Positions 62,286 through 64,000 of a DNA stretch of 64,000 nucleotides are shown one piece after another; position 1 is the first letter of the stretch, and each line of letters opens with the position of its first letter. Source of the stretch: Callorhinchus milii. Taxonomy: Eukaryota. The stretch is from positions 38,752,001 to 38,816,000 of the forward strand of contig NW_024704742.1 of assembly GCF_018977255.1 (NCBI RefSeq), in the 5' to 3' direction. The notes beneath the pieces were generated by a model. The model made no database searches. It saw nothing but the letters and a program-made list of their open reading frames with translations, and was not told the DNA's origin. The translations under genes were made by a program, and so were the position numbers.

Positions 62286-63574
62286 TAAGTGTTGGTGGCA
62301 GCACACTGAGGCCATGAAAAAGAATTATTTCAGAACCACTGGCCGAGACCTTTCTGATCCACAGGCAAATATACTACCATCTGAGTCAAACTGACAACTC
62401 CAGCAAAATGATTCTCTTTTACTATCCTCTCATACATAGTCAAGTAGCTTTTTGGTCCCAAAGGCCTGATTTATCACTAAATGGATTTGTTTCTGGGTAG
62501 TATTTGATTTGAGCTTGTAATGGCATTGAGGAAGTGAGTATTTAAATGACTGCACTGGTAGCAAAAAAGTCGAAGCCAGTCTCATGAAATAAAATCTTCT
62601 GCTAGTATGTTACTACCGTTCTGATTTATAGAGATGCTACTGTTATTATCCATAATATTGGAGCTATCCAGGAAGATTGCCAAGATGTTTGAGTTCAGAC
62701 ATATTTCAGTTGTTAATTGAGTCTGTGATATGAAGTACTTTGAGTCCGACAGTATCAGATGTACTTGCTGTGAGGTACAGAGTCAGCTGGCAGCTTCGGA
62801 TATGGTTGCTGTGTTTTGGCCAATTCCGAAATACTGTTGGGCATTTGGAAATGGTTGGCATGTTACCAAAGGATGTGGAATGCCACCAGCAACCTGTAAA
62901 CAGTACATACTGCCCAATCTCTACAGTCTTCAGTCAGCTGTCAGATACAGCCTGTTTTCTGGAGTAATTTAAAAAGGTTTATCTGTACCTGAGGGAATGC
63001 ATAGAAACAATTATATAATGTAAGGTTGTTTCATGCAGAAATAGTTAATTATATTTTTAATTATATTTTTGTCACTTTCTGTGCATATTTTGTTCATTCA
63101 TGCACTAAATTGTACACCTGTATCAATCAGGGTTGGCAATGACATTGCTGTACTTTTCATTATGCCACTTTTTCTCCTGATTGACGCATTTGCATCTCTC
63201 TCTATCTATACCAATATTCTTGTTCATTTTGATACAATTTTATTTTGTAAACCAATTCAGATGTTTATTTTACATGATGGATGCAACATAAATGAAGTTA
63301 TTATTATTTGGTGAAGATTTTGTTCTTAGTTTTGATGCTTTTGAACAGCTTGCTGACACTGACTGCTAACTAGCAAAGTGGAGGTTGCAGTTATCAGTGA
63401 AACAGTAGCCTTTGGTGAGGCTCAGCCTTCAAGAGAGGAGGTAGGGGCAAGAGAGGAATATCTGAGGGAAAGGCAGGAAGAAAAATTACTTTATTTTTAT
63501 AATTAGATTTTCCATTTTTTTCCCCAATGTCCTCCCCATCGACAGGTACCTCTCTACCTTGTCTTGTTGGGGTT

Positions 63575-63920
63575 CAGTTCCTCAGGTGCTGCTGGCCCTG
63601 CAGCACCATTCCCAAATGACCATGGTTCACATATGAGTCTTAGCAGTGAGTGTCAGCAGACCACTTGTCTCTAGATGGCATTACAGCCAATCTTGACCTC
63701 TCCCCACTCGGCTACCACAAACACACACACAGGAACAGAAGTAGTAGAGGATGTTGACGAGGGACCAGAAACAGGAACCATGGCTGGTTTTCCCTTCCCT
63801 AACTCTTGGAAGGAAGGGGCCAATTTAGCCTCTCCATGAAGCCCCAGCATATGGCAGGCATGAACCAGCAAGTTCCTGGTCTATCAGCTGCAGCTCGATC
63901 TAGTACACCATTGAGGCTGC
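63575..63920 (-). mobile_element. Old SINE-like repeat (GCTGATCTCA family), decayed
   Basis: CAGGAACCATGGCTGGTTTTCCCTTCCCTAAC..GCCAATT..CCCCAGC; similar to the piece at ~38150-38330. Confidence 0.45.
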
Positions 63921-64000
63921 CCTGAAAAAAAACGTATTGCCGTCAGAGAGATGTTGATCCCATTACTCAAGATGAGTGTCAAACCCAGGTCCCTTAAGGT

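Overview
AT-rich, CpG-depleted vertebrate genomic DNA, intronic or intergenic. The repeat content points to a cartilaginous fish, possibly a chimaera such as Callorhinchus; this is an inference from recalled repeat families. No complete gene, rRNA, true tRNA gene or CRISPR array is recognisable, and the supplied ORFs are almost all chance ORFs or decayed retroelement sequence. The window is dominated by non-LTR retrotransposons. (1) A tRNA(Ala-like)-headed SINE occurs in a short young form and a longer form with an extra central block. (2) An older Deu-domain SINE shares the same ~170-bp 3' tail ending TATCAAATGCAAGG(ATT)n. (3) There are many tail-only copies. (4) L2 and CR1-type LINE fragments are present, some with readable RT motifs. 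(5) There is a third, older SINE-like family, a possible LF-SINE-like relic and a Tigger-like MITE. The best non-repeat signals are a diverged 103-nt duplicated exon-like pair (54562-54664 / 55278-55380) with third-codon-position-biased substitutions, a GC3-rich candidate exon (28747-28880, minus), several locally templated insertions, and two CpG-rich regulatory-looking patches near 60.6 and 62.1 kb. Repeat boundaries are read by eye and approximate. I found no convincing novel multi-gene system.
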